64,000 nt of DNA from assembly GCA_045804645.1 (NCBI GenBank), contig JBJMMR010000042.1:18184-82183 (forward strand), read 5' to 3'. Under the pieces are notes generated by a model. The model was not told the origin of the DNA, made no database searches, and worked only from the letters and a program-made list of their open reading frames with translations. The translations under genes and the position numbers were made by a program. Source of the stretch: Chloroflexota bacterium. GTDB taxonomy: Bacteria; Chloroflexota; Limnocylindria; Limnocylindrales; CSP1-4. This document shows positions 54,801 to 64,000 of this stretch, piece after piece. Positions within the stretch are counted from its first letter, which is position 1. Every line of letters begins with the position of its first letter.

Positions 54801-56194
54801 GCCTCAGATGAACCGCGCGCGGCGAGGTTCCTGACCACATCCTGGATGCCGCCGCGTGGCAGGAGGCGCACGCGATGGCCGCGGGCTTCGAGGAGCCCGG
54901 CGGCCACCGTCGCCCGCGCCCCGGACTTGCAGGCGACCGTCACCTCGGACCCCGCTGGGAGTGTCACGGCGCTGCCACCGATCAGATCCGCGAGTGCGAT
55001 CTCGACGGCACCAGCGAGGCGGCCGTCGTCTCGCATCTCAGCCTCGTCGCGGACGTCGACGATCGCCGGACGGGCACCGGACCGAACCTCATCAGCGAGC
55101 GTCGCGGCGCTCATCGTCGAAATGATCGCGACTGCCCGACCGTCTGCCGCCCACCGCTCGACCCCACCTTCGAGGATGCCGACGATGCGGTCGAAACCGA
55201 TGCGGACGAGCTGATCCACGGCCTCCGTCGACGCATCGGGCGTCTCGGGCAGGACCAGGACGAGCGGTGTGCCGACCGGCAGGATCCAGCCGACGTACGA
55301 CGCGAAGGTGTCGCGGAGCTCGACCGTGAGTGAGCCCGGGATATGGCCGGCGGCGATCTCGCCCCTGGAGCGAGCGTCGACGATCCGTCCTCCTGCCGCC
55401 ACGGCGTCCGCCACGCCCTGCGGATCGAGCGGTGTCAGCCGCGGCCGTTCGCCCAGGACGGCTGGCCCAGCGCGGTTCATCGGCGCCATCTCGCGGTAGT
55501 ACGCCGGGTAGGGCATGAACCCGGAGACGAGACGATCGCGGAAGGTGGCTGGATCGCCGATCGCGAAGAGCGGGTTCGAAAAGCGCTCCGCGCCGATCGA
55601 CGACGTCGCGCCGTCGTGCATCGGCCCCGCCGCACAGAAGCTACCCGAGCCGTGCGTCGGCCAGACGGCGACCTCGTCGGGCAACGAGGCGAGTGCTCGG
55701 AGCGAGGCGTACTGCTGGGCGGTCAGCTCATCCGCCGCGTCGGCGCCGAGCAGGTCGGTCCGCCCGACACTCCCGACGAGCAGCGAACCGCCGGTCAGTA
55801 CTGCGTTGGGGGTCGCGCCGTCGACCGCCTGGTCATGCACCTCCCACGCGAGGTGTTCCGGCGTGTGCCCGGGGGTCGCCCTCGCGCGCAGGACGAGCCC
55901 GGCGATCTCGATCTCCTCGCCGTCATCGGCACCGTGGTGGTCGAAGTCGTACCGGCCGCGAGCCGGAGCCACGACACGCGCTCGCTCGGAAGCGACGAGC
56001 TCGAGCGCACCGGACAGATAGTCGTTGTGGACATGCGTCTCGACCACGGTGCGCAACCGCCACCCGCGGCGGGCCAGGATCTCACGGACGCGCCACGCGT
56101 CGCGCGGCGGGTCGACGACCAGGGCATCCCCGTCGGATCCGAGGATGTACGTCGAATTCCCCAGTCCGCGCGTGCGCAGGATCTCGATGTCCAT
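54797..56194 (-). CDS. MBL-fold metallo-hydrolase fused to rhodanese-like domain(s) (persulfide dioxygenase/rhodanese-type)
   Basis: 465 aa; N-terminal metallo-beta-lactamase motif ETHVHNDY…GHTPEH…; C-terminal region with rhodanese-like active-site Cys loop …TVACKSGARAT…. Confidence 0.7.
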   Translation of the reverse strand: MDIEILRTRGLGNSTYILGSDGDALVVDPPRDAWRVREILARRGWRLRTVVETHVHNDYLSGALELVASERARVVAPARGRYDFDHHGADDGEEIEIAGLVLRARATPGHTPEHLAWEVHDQAVDGATPNAVLTGGSLLVGSVGRTDLLGADAADELTAQQYASLRALASLPDEVAVWPTHGSGSFCAAGPMHDGATSSIGAERFSNPLFAIGDPATFRDRLVSGFMPYPAYYREMAPMNRAGPAVLGERPRLTPLDPQGVADAVAAGGRIVDARSRGEIAAGHIPGSLTVELRDTFASYVGWILPVGTPLVLVLPETPDASTEAVDQLVRIGFDRIVGILEGGVERWAADGRAVAIISTMSAATLADEVRSGARPAIVDVRDEAEMRDDGRLAGAVEIALADLIGGSAVTLPAGSEVTVACKSGARATVAAGLLEARGHRVRLLPRGGIQDVVRNLAARGSSEA

Positions 56195-56397
56195 CGCCGT
56201 TCATCATCGGGCACGGGTCCAGCATCTGCGAGGCTGGTTCGAGGTCGACGCGTCGTCGACTGTGATGCTCTCGACGGCGCGGGCGGTCAAGATGTGCGGA
56301 CTGGCCCCGTGCTCCGAGAGGAGCGCCGCTCGGTTCCTGGGCTCGACCCCGACCACGATCCCCTCCCCGGGTCGCGAGCCGCTGAGAAAGGACGACG

Positions 56398-57396
56398 ATG
56401 ACCAAGATCGGCTACGCGGCGATGATGGAGCAGTTCACGCCGACCGACCTGCTCGATTGGTGTGCGCAGGCCGAGGAGGCGGGCTTCGAGGCCGGCTTCA
56501 TGGTCTCCGAGCACTTCCACCCGTGGACCCCGCAGCAGGGTCAGAGTGGGTTCGCGTGGGCATTCATGGGCGCCCTGGGCCAGCGAACGTCGCTGAACTT
56601 CGGGACGGCGGTCACCTGTCCGGGTTTCCGGTACCACCCCGCAGTGATCGCCCATGCCGCCGCGACCCTCGGGGCGATGTACCCGGGCCGCTTCTACCTC
56701 GGCCTCGGGGCCGGCGAGGCGCTCAACGAGCATGTCATCGCTCCGGTCTGGCCCGAGGTTCCGATCCGCAGCGCGATGATGTTCGAGGCGATCGAGGTCA
56801 TCTCGAAGCTGTTCACGGGCGAAAGCGTCCGACACGACGGCAAGTACTTCACCCTCGAGCGGGCGAAGCTCTACACGCGCCCGCCCGACGACCAGAAGGT
56901 GCCGATCTACGTCGCGACCGCCGGCCCGGTGAATGCCAAGAAGACCGGCAAGTTCGCGGATGGACTGATCACGGTCGGCGCGGCCGACGAGAAGATGGGG
57001 ATGATCTGGGGAAAGTTCGAGGAGGGCCGAGCGGAAGCCGGCAAGGACCCGAAGACCGGGCCGAAGCTCCTCCAGATCCATATCTCATGGGCGAGGACTG
57101 AGGAAGAAGCGACCCAGAACGCGCTCGTCGAGTGGCCGAACGGTGGCATGGCGTTCTTCCCGAAGCAGGACATCAAGAACCCGGAGGACTTCGCTGGGAT
57201 CGCCAAGCTCGTCCGACCCGAGGACTTCAAGAACCGGGTGCTGATCAGCAGCGACCTCGAGGAGCATTGCCGGCACATCCAGCACTACGTCGACATGGGC
57301 TACGACGAGATCCACGTGCACAACGTCGGGCGCAACCAGGAGGAGTTCATCGAGGTCTTCGGCAAGGAGGTCCTGCCGAACCTCCGGCTCGGGTAG
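56398..57396 (+). CDS. fgd: F420-dependent glucose-6-phosphate dehydrogenase (luciferase-like monooxygenase family)
   Basis: 332 aa; MTKIGYAAMMEQFTP…SEHFHPW…GTAVTCPGFRYHPAVIAHAAATLGAMYPGRFYLGLGAGEALNE… closely follows the Fgd1 pattern (…[35 protein letters not shown]…). Confidence 0.8.
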   Translation: MTKIGYAAMMEQFTPTDLLDWCAQAEEAGFEAGFMVSEHFHPWTPQQGQSGFAWAFMGALGQRTSLNFGTAVTCPGFRYHPAVIAHAAATLGAMYPGRFYLGLGAGEALNEHVIAPVWPEVPIRSAMMFEAIEVISKLFTGESVRHDGKYFTLERAKLYTRPPDDQKVPIYVATAGPVNAKKTGKFADGLITVGAADEKMGMIWGKFEEGRAEAGKDPKTGPKLLQIHISWARTEEEATQNALVEWPNGGMAFFPKQDIKNPEDFAGIAKLVRPEDFKNRVLISSDLEEHCRHIQHYVDMGYDEIHVHNVGRNQEEFIEVFGKEVLPNLRLG

Positions 57397-57481
57397 GCGC
57401 TCGGTCGGCGGCGCAGCGCGCCAGGTCACACAGGCGCGGGTTGGTCAGATGGCGCCGATGGTCATACGGGCGCGGGGGTCG

Positions 57482-58486
57482 TCAGACCGGACCGGCCAGA
57501 CCGCCGATCGTCGTCGCGACGAGAAGCCCCAGCAGGCCGATCACCACCCACAGGACGGCCGCGAGCAGGAAGGGCCGACGGCCGACGGCCGATAGTGACC
57601 GGACGTCCGTCGCCATCCCGACCCCGGCGAGCGCGACGAGGATCAGCAGCGCCGCAAGCGTCGAGCACAGGTCGGCGAGCGTTCCGCCGCCGGGCAACGG
57701 GACGTCGAGCAGCCCGACCGACCGCAGACCGGCGACCACCACGAAGCCCACCACGAACCACGGCACGGCTCGGCTCACGAGCGCGATCCGCGACGTGGCG
57801 GGCCCACTGGCCACGGTGTCATCCGTCGAGGCGGCCGACCGCGCGACGAACCATGTCGCGCCGAGCAGGACCGGGAGGATCGCCAGGTTCCGCGTCAGCT
57901 TGACGATCGTGGCGACGTCACCCGCCCCCGGTGAGAACGCGTAGCCGGTCGCGACGACCTGAGCCGTGTCATTCACCGCGAGGCCGGCCCACGTGCCGAA
58001 GACCGGGTCGGACATGTGCAACGACCGCCCCAACAGGGGCAGCAGCAGGACCCCGATCAGTCCGAAGATCGTGATGGTCGAGACGGCATACGCCGTGTCG
58101 CGGTGCTTCGCCCCGACGATCGGGGATAGTGCGAGGATGGCGGAGTTGCCACAGATCGCCATCCCGACGGTGATGAGCGCCGAGAGCGGCGGGACGACGC
58201 CGATCCGTCTCGCGAGCCACGTCCCGAGCGTCAGGGCGACGCCGATCACGAGGACGATGCCGACGATGCTCGCCGCACCGGTCGTGAGCAGCTGTCCGAT
58301 CGTCAGCCGCGCGCCGAGCAGGGTGATGCCGATCCGCAGCGCGTAGCGCGAGGCCAGGGTCGCGCCGGGGATGAGCCGCGGGCGGATGCTTGCCGCGGCT
58401 CCGACGATGAGGCCGAGCACGAGCGCGAGCGCCGTCTCCAGTCCGAGCTGGAGCGCCGAGCCGATGAGGCGCGCGACCGCCGCCAC
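57482..58486 (-). CDS. YeiH/UPF0324-family putative sulfate/anion exporter membrane protein
   Basis: 334 aa polytopic; …AICGNSAILALSPIVGAKHRDTAYAVSTITIFG…LAVNDTAQVVATGYAF… matches Cons_hypoth698/YeiH family. Confidence 0.65.
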   Translation of the reverse strand: MAAVARLIGSALQLGLETALALVLGLIVGAAASIRPRLIPGATLASRYALRIGITLLGARLTIGQLLTTGAASIVGIVLVIGVALTLGTWLARRIGVVPPLSALITVGMAICGNSAILALSPIVGAKHRDTAYAVSTITIFGLIGVLLLPLLGRSLHMSDPVFGTWAGLAVNDTAQVVATGYAFSPGAGDVATIVKLTRNLAILPVLLGATWFVARSAASTDDTVASGPATSRIALVSRAVPWFVVGFVVVAGLRSVGLLDVPLPGGGTLADLCSTLAALLILVALAGVGMATDVRSLSAVGRRPFLLAAVLWVVIGLLGLLVATTIGGLAGPV

Positions 58487-58554
58487 GGCGACACATGCCG
58501 CAAGGCCGATGACGATCTCGGCGCGCTCGCGGGCCGATCCGACGGTCGTAGCAG

Positions 58555-59537
<983 letters not shown>

Positions 59538-59538
<1 letters not shown>

Positions 59539-61085
59539 CAGTGCCGGAAGTGCCGTCGACCCGTGAAGACCATCGCGAGGTGGTGCCGATCGGCGACCTC
59601 GATCGCCATCTCGTCACGGACCGAGCCACCGGGCTGGATGATCGCGGTGACGCCGGCGGTCGCTGCAGCCTGGATCCCGTCCGGGAACGGGAAGTAGGCG
59701 TCCGATGCCATCACCGCCGTCTTGGCCCGGTCGCCGGCACGGCGCAGCGCGATCTCGACCGAGACCAGCCGCGACGCCTGCCCGGCACCGACGCCCACCG
59801 TCGCAGCGTTGCGCGCCAGGACGATCGCGTTCGAGCTCACGTGCCGGACCGCGCGCCAGGCGAACAGCAGGTCGGTGAGCTCCTCGAGTGTCGGGCGCCG
59901 CCGCGTCACGACCTGGAGCTGCCCGCGATCGAGCCCCAGATCGTCGAGGTCCTCGACGAGCAACCCGCCCGCGACCCGCTTGAAGTCGAGGTTGGCGATC
60001 CCGTAGTCGCGCATCCCATCCGTCGGATCGGGTGGGACGGCGAGCATCTCGAGACCGGACTTCTGCTTCAGGATGCCGATCGCCGCCTCACTGAACCCGG
60101 GCGCCACGACCGCCTCGTACGAGTTGGCGGCGATCTCGCGTGCGGTCGCGCCGTCCAGTTCTCGGTTGACGCCGACGATCCCGCCGAACGACGCGACCGG
60201 ATCCGTCTCGAGCGCGTGGCGGTACGCCTCCACGAGCTCGTCGTGCGAGGCAAGACCGACAGGATCGGTGTGCTTGACGATCGTGACGGTCGGCGCCGTG
60301 TAGTCGCGCGCGATCCGGTACGCGGCGTCGAGGTCGAGCAGGTTGTTGAACGACGGTCTCGCGCCTTGGAGTTGCGACGCGTCGGCGAGCGTCCCGCTGC
60401 GGTGGGTCGTCTCGCGATAGAAGGCCGCGCGCTGGTGGGGATTTTCCCCGTAGCGCAGGTCGTCGACCTTCTCGAGAACGAGGGCCAGCCGCTTCGGGAA
60501 CACGTTGCCCGAGATCTGGTTGAGGTACGCGGCGATCTCCGCGTGGTAGGCGGCGACCGTGCTGAACGCCTCTGCGGCGAGCTGCGCGCGAGTCTCGGCG
60601 CTGACCTGGCCGAGCTCCCGGAGCTCCGCAAGGATCCGTTCGTAGTGCGACGGGTCGGACGCCGCCGCGACGCCGGCCGCGTTGCGGGCCGCGGCACCAA
60701 GGAGTGCCGCACCTCCTACGTCGATCATCTCGATCGCCTGATCGATCCCGACGAGCTTCGCCCCGACCGACGGAGCGAACGGTTTGACGTTGACGACGAC
60801 GAGGTCGATCGGGGCGAGGCCCTGCGTCTTGAGATCGTCCATCTGTTCCTGGACGTCACGACGTGCGAGGATCCCCGCGTAGACGGCGTGGTGGAAGGTC
60901 TTGACCTGGCCGCCGAGGGTCGGTCCGCCGTTGGTCAGTTCGTTGACCGATCGGACCTCGACGCCTTCGCCCGCGAGGAACTCCCGCGTCCCGTCGGTCG
61001 CGAACATCTCGACGCCGAGCGACTGGAGTTCCCGGGCGAGCGCCGCGATACCCTCCCGATTCGCGACAGACAGCAGGGCTCGCAC
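59538..61085 (-). CDS. purH: Bifunctional AICAR transformylase / IMP cyclohydrolase
   Basis: GTG start preceded by GGAGGAGGAA RBS (track ORF start further upstream has no support); (M)[32 protein letters not shown]… MGS-like domain + AICARFT domain (…[15 protein letters not shown]…). Confidence 0.9.
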
Positions 61086-61200
61086 CCGGTGCGTTCCTCC
61101 TCCCACGGCGTGTCCGTCGGGAGCGGACCGCTCGCGCGGAGTATAGCGTCCGGCGTGGCATACTCCCGCCCACCACCGACCCGCCTGCAGCGAGGCATCC

Positions 61201-61641
61201 GTGACGCTGGCGCCCTGGGAATACCTGTTCGTCTCCTTCAGCAGCCGCAACTTCCCGGACCTGTTCTACCCGATCGCGATCTCGGCGGTCGTTCTGCTCG
61301 TCGTCCTGATCGTGCTCTACCGCGTGCGGACCCGGGCGCTCCATCGCCATGCGCCGTTCGTGGACCTCTGGGAGTGGCTCTGGTGGACGGGGCTCATCAC
61401 CTTCAGCCTGATCCTCATCGAGTCGATCTTCGTGTTCGACTTCATCCTCGTGCTGACGACGCTGATCGTCGGCCTAGGCACCCTCGTCTGGATCCGCTTC
61501 CTGAAGTTCCCACCGATCCTTCGCTCCTATGAGCAGCGGCTCGCTCGGCAGCGCTACTACACCAAGCAGAAGTTCGCCGATCCAGAGGCGACCATCCGAC
61601 GCCGGGGTGGTCCGCGGCGCCAGCGGCGTCGACGCCGCTAG
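61201..61641 (+). CDS. Hypothetical small membrane protein with polybasic C-terminus
   Basis: 146 aa, 3 predicted TM helices, tail RRGGPRRQRRRRR; divergent from purH. Confidence 0.35.
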   Translation: MTLAPWEYLFVSFSSRNFPDLFYPIAISAVVLLVVLIVLYRVRTRALHRHAPFVDLWEWLWWTGLITFSLILIESIFVFDFILVLTTLIVGLGTLVWIRFLKFPPILRSYEQRLARQRYYTKQKFADPEATIRRRGGPRRQRRRRR

Positions 61642-61645
61642 CCCG

Positions 61646-62119
61646 ATGCCGATCGAGGTCCGACGGTTCGGCGTCGGCCACCGGCGCGCAGACGGCCCGC
61701 CCGGGACGACCGGCGTCAGTGGCCAGCTCATCCACTCGGACGGGCGGGGGGCGATCACCGAGCTCGCGTTCGCTCGCGGTGCCGCGATCGAGCCCCACGC
61801 GAACCCGAGTTCGTCCTGGTTCATCGTGATCGAGGGCGGGGGCTGGGTCGGCGTCGACGAGGAGCGGACACGCGTCGCGGCAGGCGACGCGGTGCTGTGG
61901 CCAGCCGACATCCCCCACGCCGCCTGGACCGAGCATTCGGAGATGCGCGTCTTCATCGTCGAATTCACCGGCGCGGACGACTCGGCCGTCATCGGTGTGC
62001 TTGAGGGCGGCGCCACGGATGCGAGCGCGCTCGGCCGGCCGATCGAACGTGGCGAGGGACACCTCGTCGGCGAAGGGACGACGACGCGGCACGACCCGGA
62101 GGCCGGCGAGCCAGCCTGA
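61646..62119 (+). CDS. Cupin-domain protein
   Basis: Start trimmed to MPIEVRRFG…; beta-barrel motifs …GAAIEPHANPSSSWFIVIEGGGWVGVD… (G(x)5HxH…E / G(x)5PxG(x)2H-like); overlaps preceding ORF end in the track. Confidence 0.5.
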   Translation: MPIEVRRFGVGHRRADGPPGTTGVSGQLIHSDGRGAITELAFARGAAIEPHANPSSSWFIVIEGGGWVGVDEERTRVAAGDAVLWPADIPHAAWTEHSEMRVFIVEFTGADDSAVIGVLEGGATDASALGRPIERGEGHLVGEGTTTRHDPEAGEPA

Positions 62120-62185
62120 CCGGTTTCGGGCCGATGCCGCGCGGGGCTGGAGCTATGCGCGACCGCGCGCGGCTGGAGTCGTGCC

Positions 62186-62854
62186 CTACCGCCCGGCGTC
62201 GTCTCCGGCGATCCCTGCTCGGGCGATGACGGCGCCGAGCTGGCTCAGGATCCTGGCGGTCGCACCCCACACCGACAGCCCGTCCACCTCGTAGTGCCCA
62301 TAGCGGATCGGCCAGCCACCGATCGTCCGCTCGACCGTGGCGAGTGGTGCGCCCGGAAGGAATGTCGATAGGGGCGGCTCGACGATGCGGACGACCTCCG
62401 CCGGCGATGCCGTCAAGACAGGCCGGCGCGGCGCCGTCGCGACGACGGGCGTGACGGCGAAGTCGCTGACGGGGATCCAGAGACCGTCGAGGACGCCAGC
62501 GACACGGACGCCGGCTACATCGGGGTCGAGACCGACCTCCTCGGTCGCCTCCCTGAGGGCGGTCGCGACCGCGTCCGCGTCCCCCGGCTCGGCCTTCCCC
62601 CCTGGGAAGCTGACCTCCCCCGAGTGGTGCCGCCCGTCATGGGTCGGACGCTCGATGAGTACGACCCGGGCCTCGCCGGTCTCGTCGGGGTAGACGAGGA
62701 CCAGGACGGCGGCAGGCCGGCCAGCGGGAACGCCTTGTGCACCTGGGAGCCGCCAGCTCCCCCCGTCCGTACGGACGGGCATCAACGCGTCGAGCGGTGG
62801 CGGCAGGGGTTCGGGCAGCGGCTCGAGACGCGCGACGACCTCGTCGAAGCGCAT
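62186..62854 (-). CDS. NUDIX hydrolase, CoA pyrophosphatase-like
   Basis: 222 aa; Nudix box GEVSFPGGKAEPGDADAVATALREATEEVGL; NudL-like upstream motif LVLVYPDETGEARVVLIERP. Confidence 0.75.
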   Translation of the reverse strand: MRFDEVVARLEPLPEPLPPPLDALMPVRTDGGSWRLPGAQGVPAGRPAAVLVLVYPDETGEARVVLIERPTHDGRHHSGEVSFPGGKAEPGDADAVATALREATEEVGLDPDVAGVRVAGVLDGLWIPVSDFAVTPVVATAPRRPVLTASPAEVVRIVEPPLSTFLPGAPLATVERTIGGWPIRYGHYEVDGLSVWGATARILSQLGAVIARAGIAGDDAGR

Positions 62855-62870
62855 CCCGCCCGTGATCCTG

Positions 62871-64000
62871 CTAGTTGACCAGTTCGCCGTCGCCGCGCTT
62901 GCGACGCGTCGGCGGGAGGTCGAGCGGCGAACCCGGCCGGCTGCCGGTCGCGGCCCCGACGGCGGCGTCGTCTGCCGGCGTACTCCGGGCGTCGCGACGC
63001 GTCGCGTCGGTCACGACCGTCGTCCCTTCGCTCGAGAACACGAGCGTGCCCGACTCAAGGTCGGCGTCCGCCGTGATCCGGTCCCCTGGGCGGAATTCAC
63101 CAGCCACGATCGCCCGAGCGAGCGGGTTCTCGACGAGTCGCTGGATCGTCCGCTTGAGCGGCCGTGCGCCGAATGCCGGATCGGTGCCCTCTCGCACGAT
63201 GAGCGCCTTGGCGGCTGGGGTCAGCTCGAGGACCAGATCCTGACCGGCCAGCCGTCGCTCGAGATCGACCACCAACAGGTCGACGATCGCGGCGAGGTCC
63301 TCGTTGGTCAGGGCGTGGAACACGATCACCTCGTCCACGCGGTTGAGGAACTCCGGTCGGAAATGCGACCTGAGCGCATCGGTGACCTCGCGCTTCATCT
63401 GGTCGTACGCCGCGTCGCCGGCACGCCCGCTGGTGGCGGCGATGGCGGTGGATCCGATGTTGCTCGTCATGATCACGACGGTGTTCTTGAAGTCGACCGT
63501 CCGACCCTGTCCGTCGGTCAACCGACCGTCGTCGAGGACCTGGAGCAGGACGTTGAACACGTCCGGATGCGCCTTCTCGATCTCGTCCAGCAGCAGCACC
63601 TGGTAGGGGCGCCGGCGCACCGCTTCCGTAAGCTGGCCGCCCTCCTCGTAGCCGACGTAGCCCGGGGGTGCGCCGACGAGCCGCGATACGGCGAACTTCT
63701 CCATGTACTCGCTCATATCGATGCGGACCATCGCGCTCTCATCGTCGAACAGGAACTCAGCCAGGGCACGCGCAAGCTCGGTCTTGCCGACACCGGTCGG
63801 ACCGAGGAACAGGAACGAGCCGATCGGCCGGCGCGGATCCTTCAACCCGGCACGCGCTCGGCGCACGGCGTCGGAGACGGCCTGGATCGCCTCGTCCTGG
63901 CCGACGACGCGTTCGTGGAGACGCTCCTCCATCTTGATGAGCTTGGCGGTCTCGCCTTCCATGAGCCGGCTGACGGGGATGCCGGTCCACGCCCCGACGA
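62871..64000 (-). CDS. Clp-family AAA+ chaperone ATPase (ClpB/ClpC), C-terminal D2 domain; 5' part beyond window end
   Basis: …[52 protein letters not shown]… (Walker A), [46 protein letters not shown] (Walker B, sensor 1); frame stays open upstream to position 64000 (…[20 protein letters not shown]…). Confidence 0.85.
   Translation of the reverse strand, partial: VGAWTGIPVSRLMEGETAKLIKMEERLHERVVGQDEAIQAVSDAVRRARAGLKDPRRPIGSFLFLGPTGVGKTELARALAEFLFDDESAMVRIDMSEYMEKFAVSRLVGAPPGYVGYEEGGQLTEAVRRRPYQVLLLDEIEKAHPDVFNVLLQVLDDGRLTDGQGRTVDFKNTVVIMTSNIGSTAIAATSGRAGDAAYDQMKREVTDALRSHFRPEFLNRVDEVIVFHALTNEDLAAIVDLLVVDLERRLAGQDLVLELTPAAKALIVREGTDPAFGARPLKRTIQRLVENPLARAIVAGEFRPGDRITADADLESGTLVFSSEGTTVVTDATRRDARSTPADDAAVGAATGSRPGSPLDLPPTRRKRGDGELVN

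Noticed and set aside
57397-57481. Possible bidirectional terminator hairpin (GCGCC-aggtcacaca-GGCGC) between fgd and the YeiH gene
   Set aside because: Only a 5-bp stem; too weak to call
61201-61641. Small polybasic-tailed membrane protein as a possible toxin/antitoxin or regulator
   Set aside because: No partner gene or recognisable motif; kept only as low-confidence hypothetical CDS

Overview
This is a high-GC (~70%) bacterial chromosomal window that spans the replication-origin neighbourhood and, further along, a complete but strongly rearranged respiratory complex I (nuo) operon.

Gene content, start to end:
(i) A partial MFS transporter and a Kef-type K+/H+ antiporter.
(ii) The conserved rpmH-rnpA-yidD-yidC-jag operon on the minus strand, divergent from dnaA-dnaN-recF-dciA(DUF721). 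A candidate oriC with DnaA-box-like motifs and an AT-rich stretch lies in the dnaA-dnaN spacer. gyrB/gyrA do not follow dciA; a large membrane-anchored protein with a PP2C-like domain, a rhomboid protease and a DUF151 nuclease follow instead.
(iii) A cell-envelope glycoconjugate island: a GT2 polyprenol-phosphate-sugar synthase, two GT-C membrane enzymes (one DUF2723), and a 1,774-aa fused GT-C + GT39 protein-O-mannosyltransferase-like protein.
(iv) A seven-gene phosphatidylinositol-mannoside-type operon: ArsR regulator, CDP-alcohol phosphatidyltransferase, ino1, two LPLAT acyltransferases, a PHP phosphoesterase, and a PimA-like GT4.
(v) A DUF4241 protein, an MFS transporter, CorA, a class-F-sortase-like protein whose catalytic Cys is replaced by Ser, a Ser/Ala-rich protein, and otsB.
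(vi) A 15-kb nuo operon in the non-canonical order A-B-C-D-H-[I'/E' fusion]-F-[G'/GltD/ferredoxin fusion]-J-K-L-M-N. It is preceded by a MidA/NDUFAF7-like methyltransferase.
(vii) folK, kynureninase, an MBL-rhodanese fusion, F420-dependent glucose-6-phosphate dehydrogenase (fgd), a YeiH-family transporter, glpX, purH, a cupin, a Nudix CoA pyrophosphatase and a partial clpB/clpC.

No rRNA or tRNA genes, CRISPR arrays or mobile elements were seen by eye.

The most unusual feature is the nuo N-module. NuoI is reduced to a single-cluster half fused to a cysteine-less NuoE N-terminal domain. NuoG is reduced to its N-terminal Fe-S region, with a GltD-type FAD/NAD(P)H oxidoreductase inserted and a NuoI-like 2x[4Fe-4S] module appended.

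Fgd, the ino1/PIP-synthase/PimA locus, dciA after recF and a GT39 mannosyltransferase together suggest an Actinomycetota-like or related terrabacterial lineage. The exact taxon cannot be determined from sequence alone.

Many long ORFs in the six-frame track are GC-driven antisense or extension artefacts and were trimmed or rejected.
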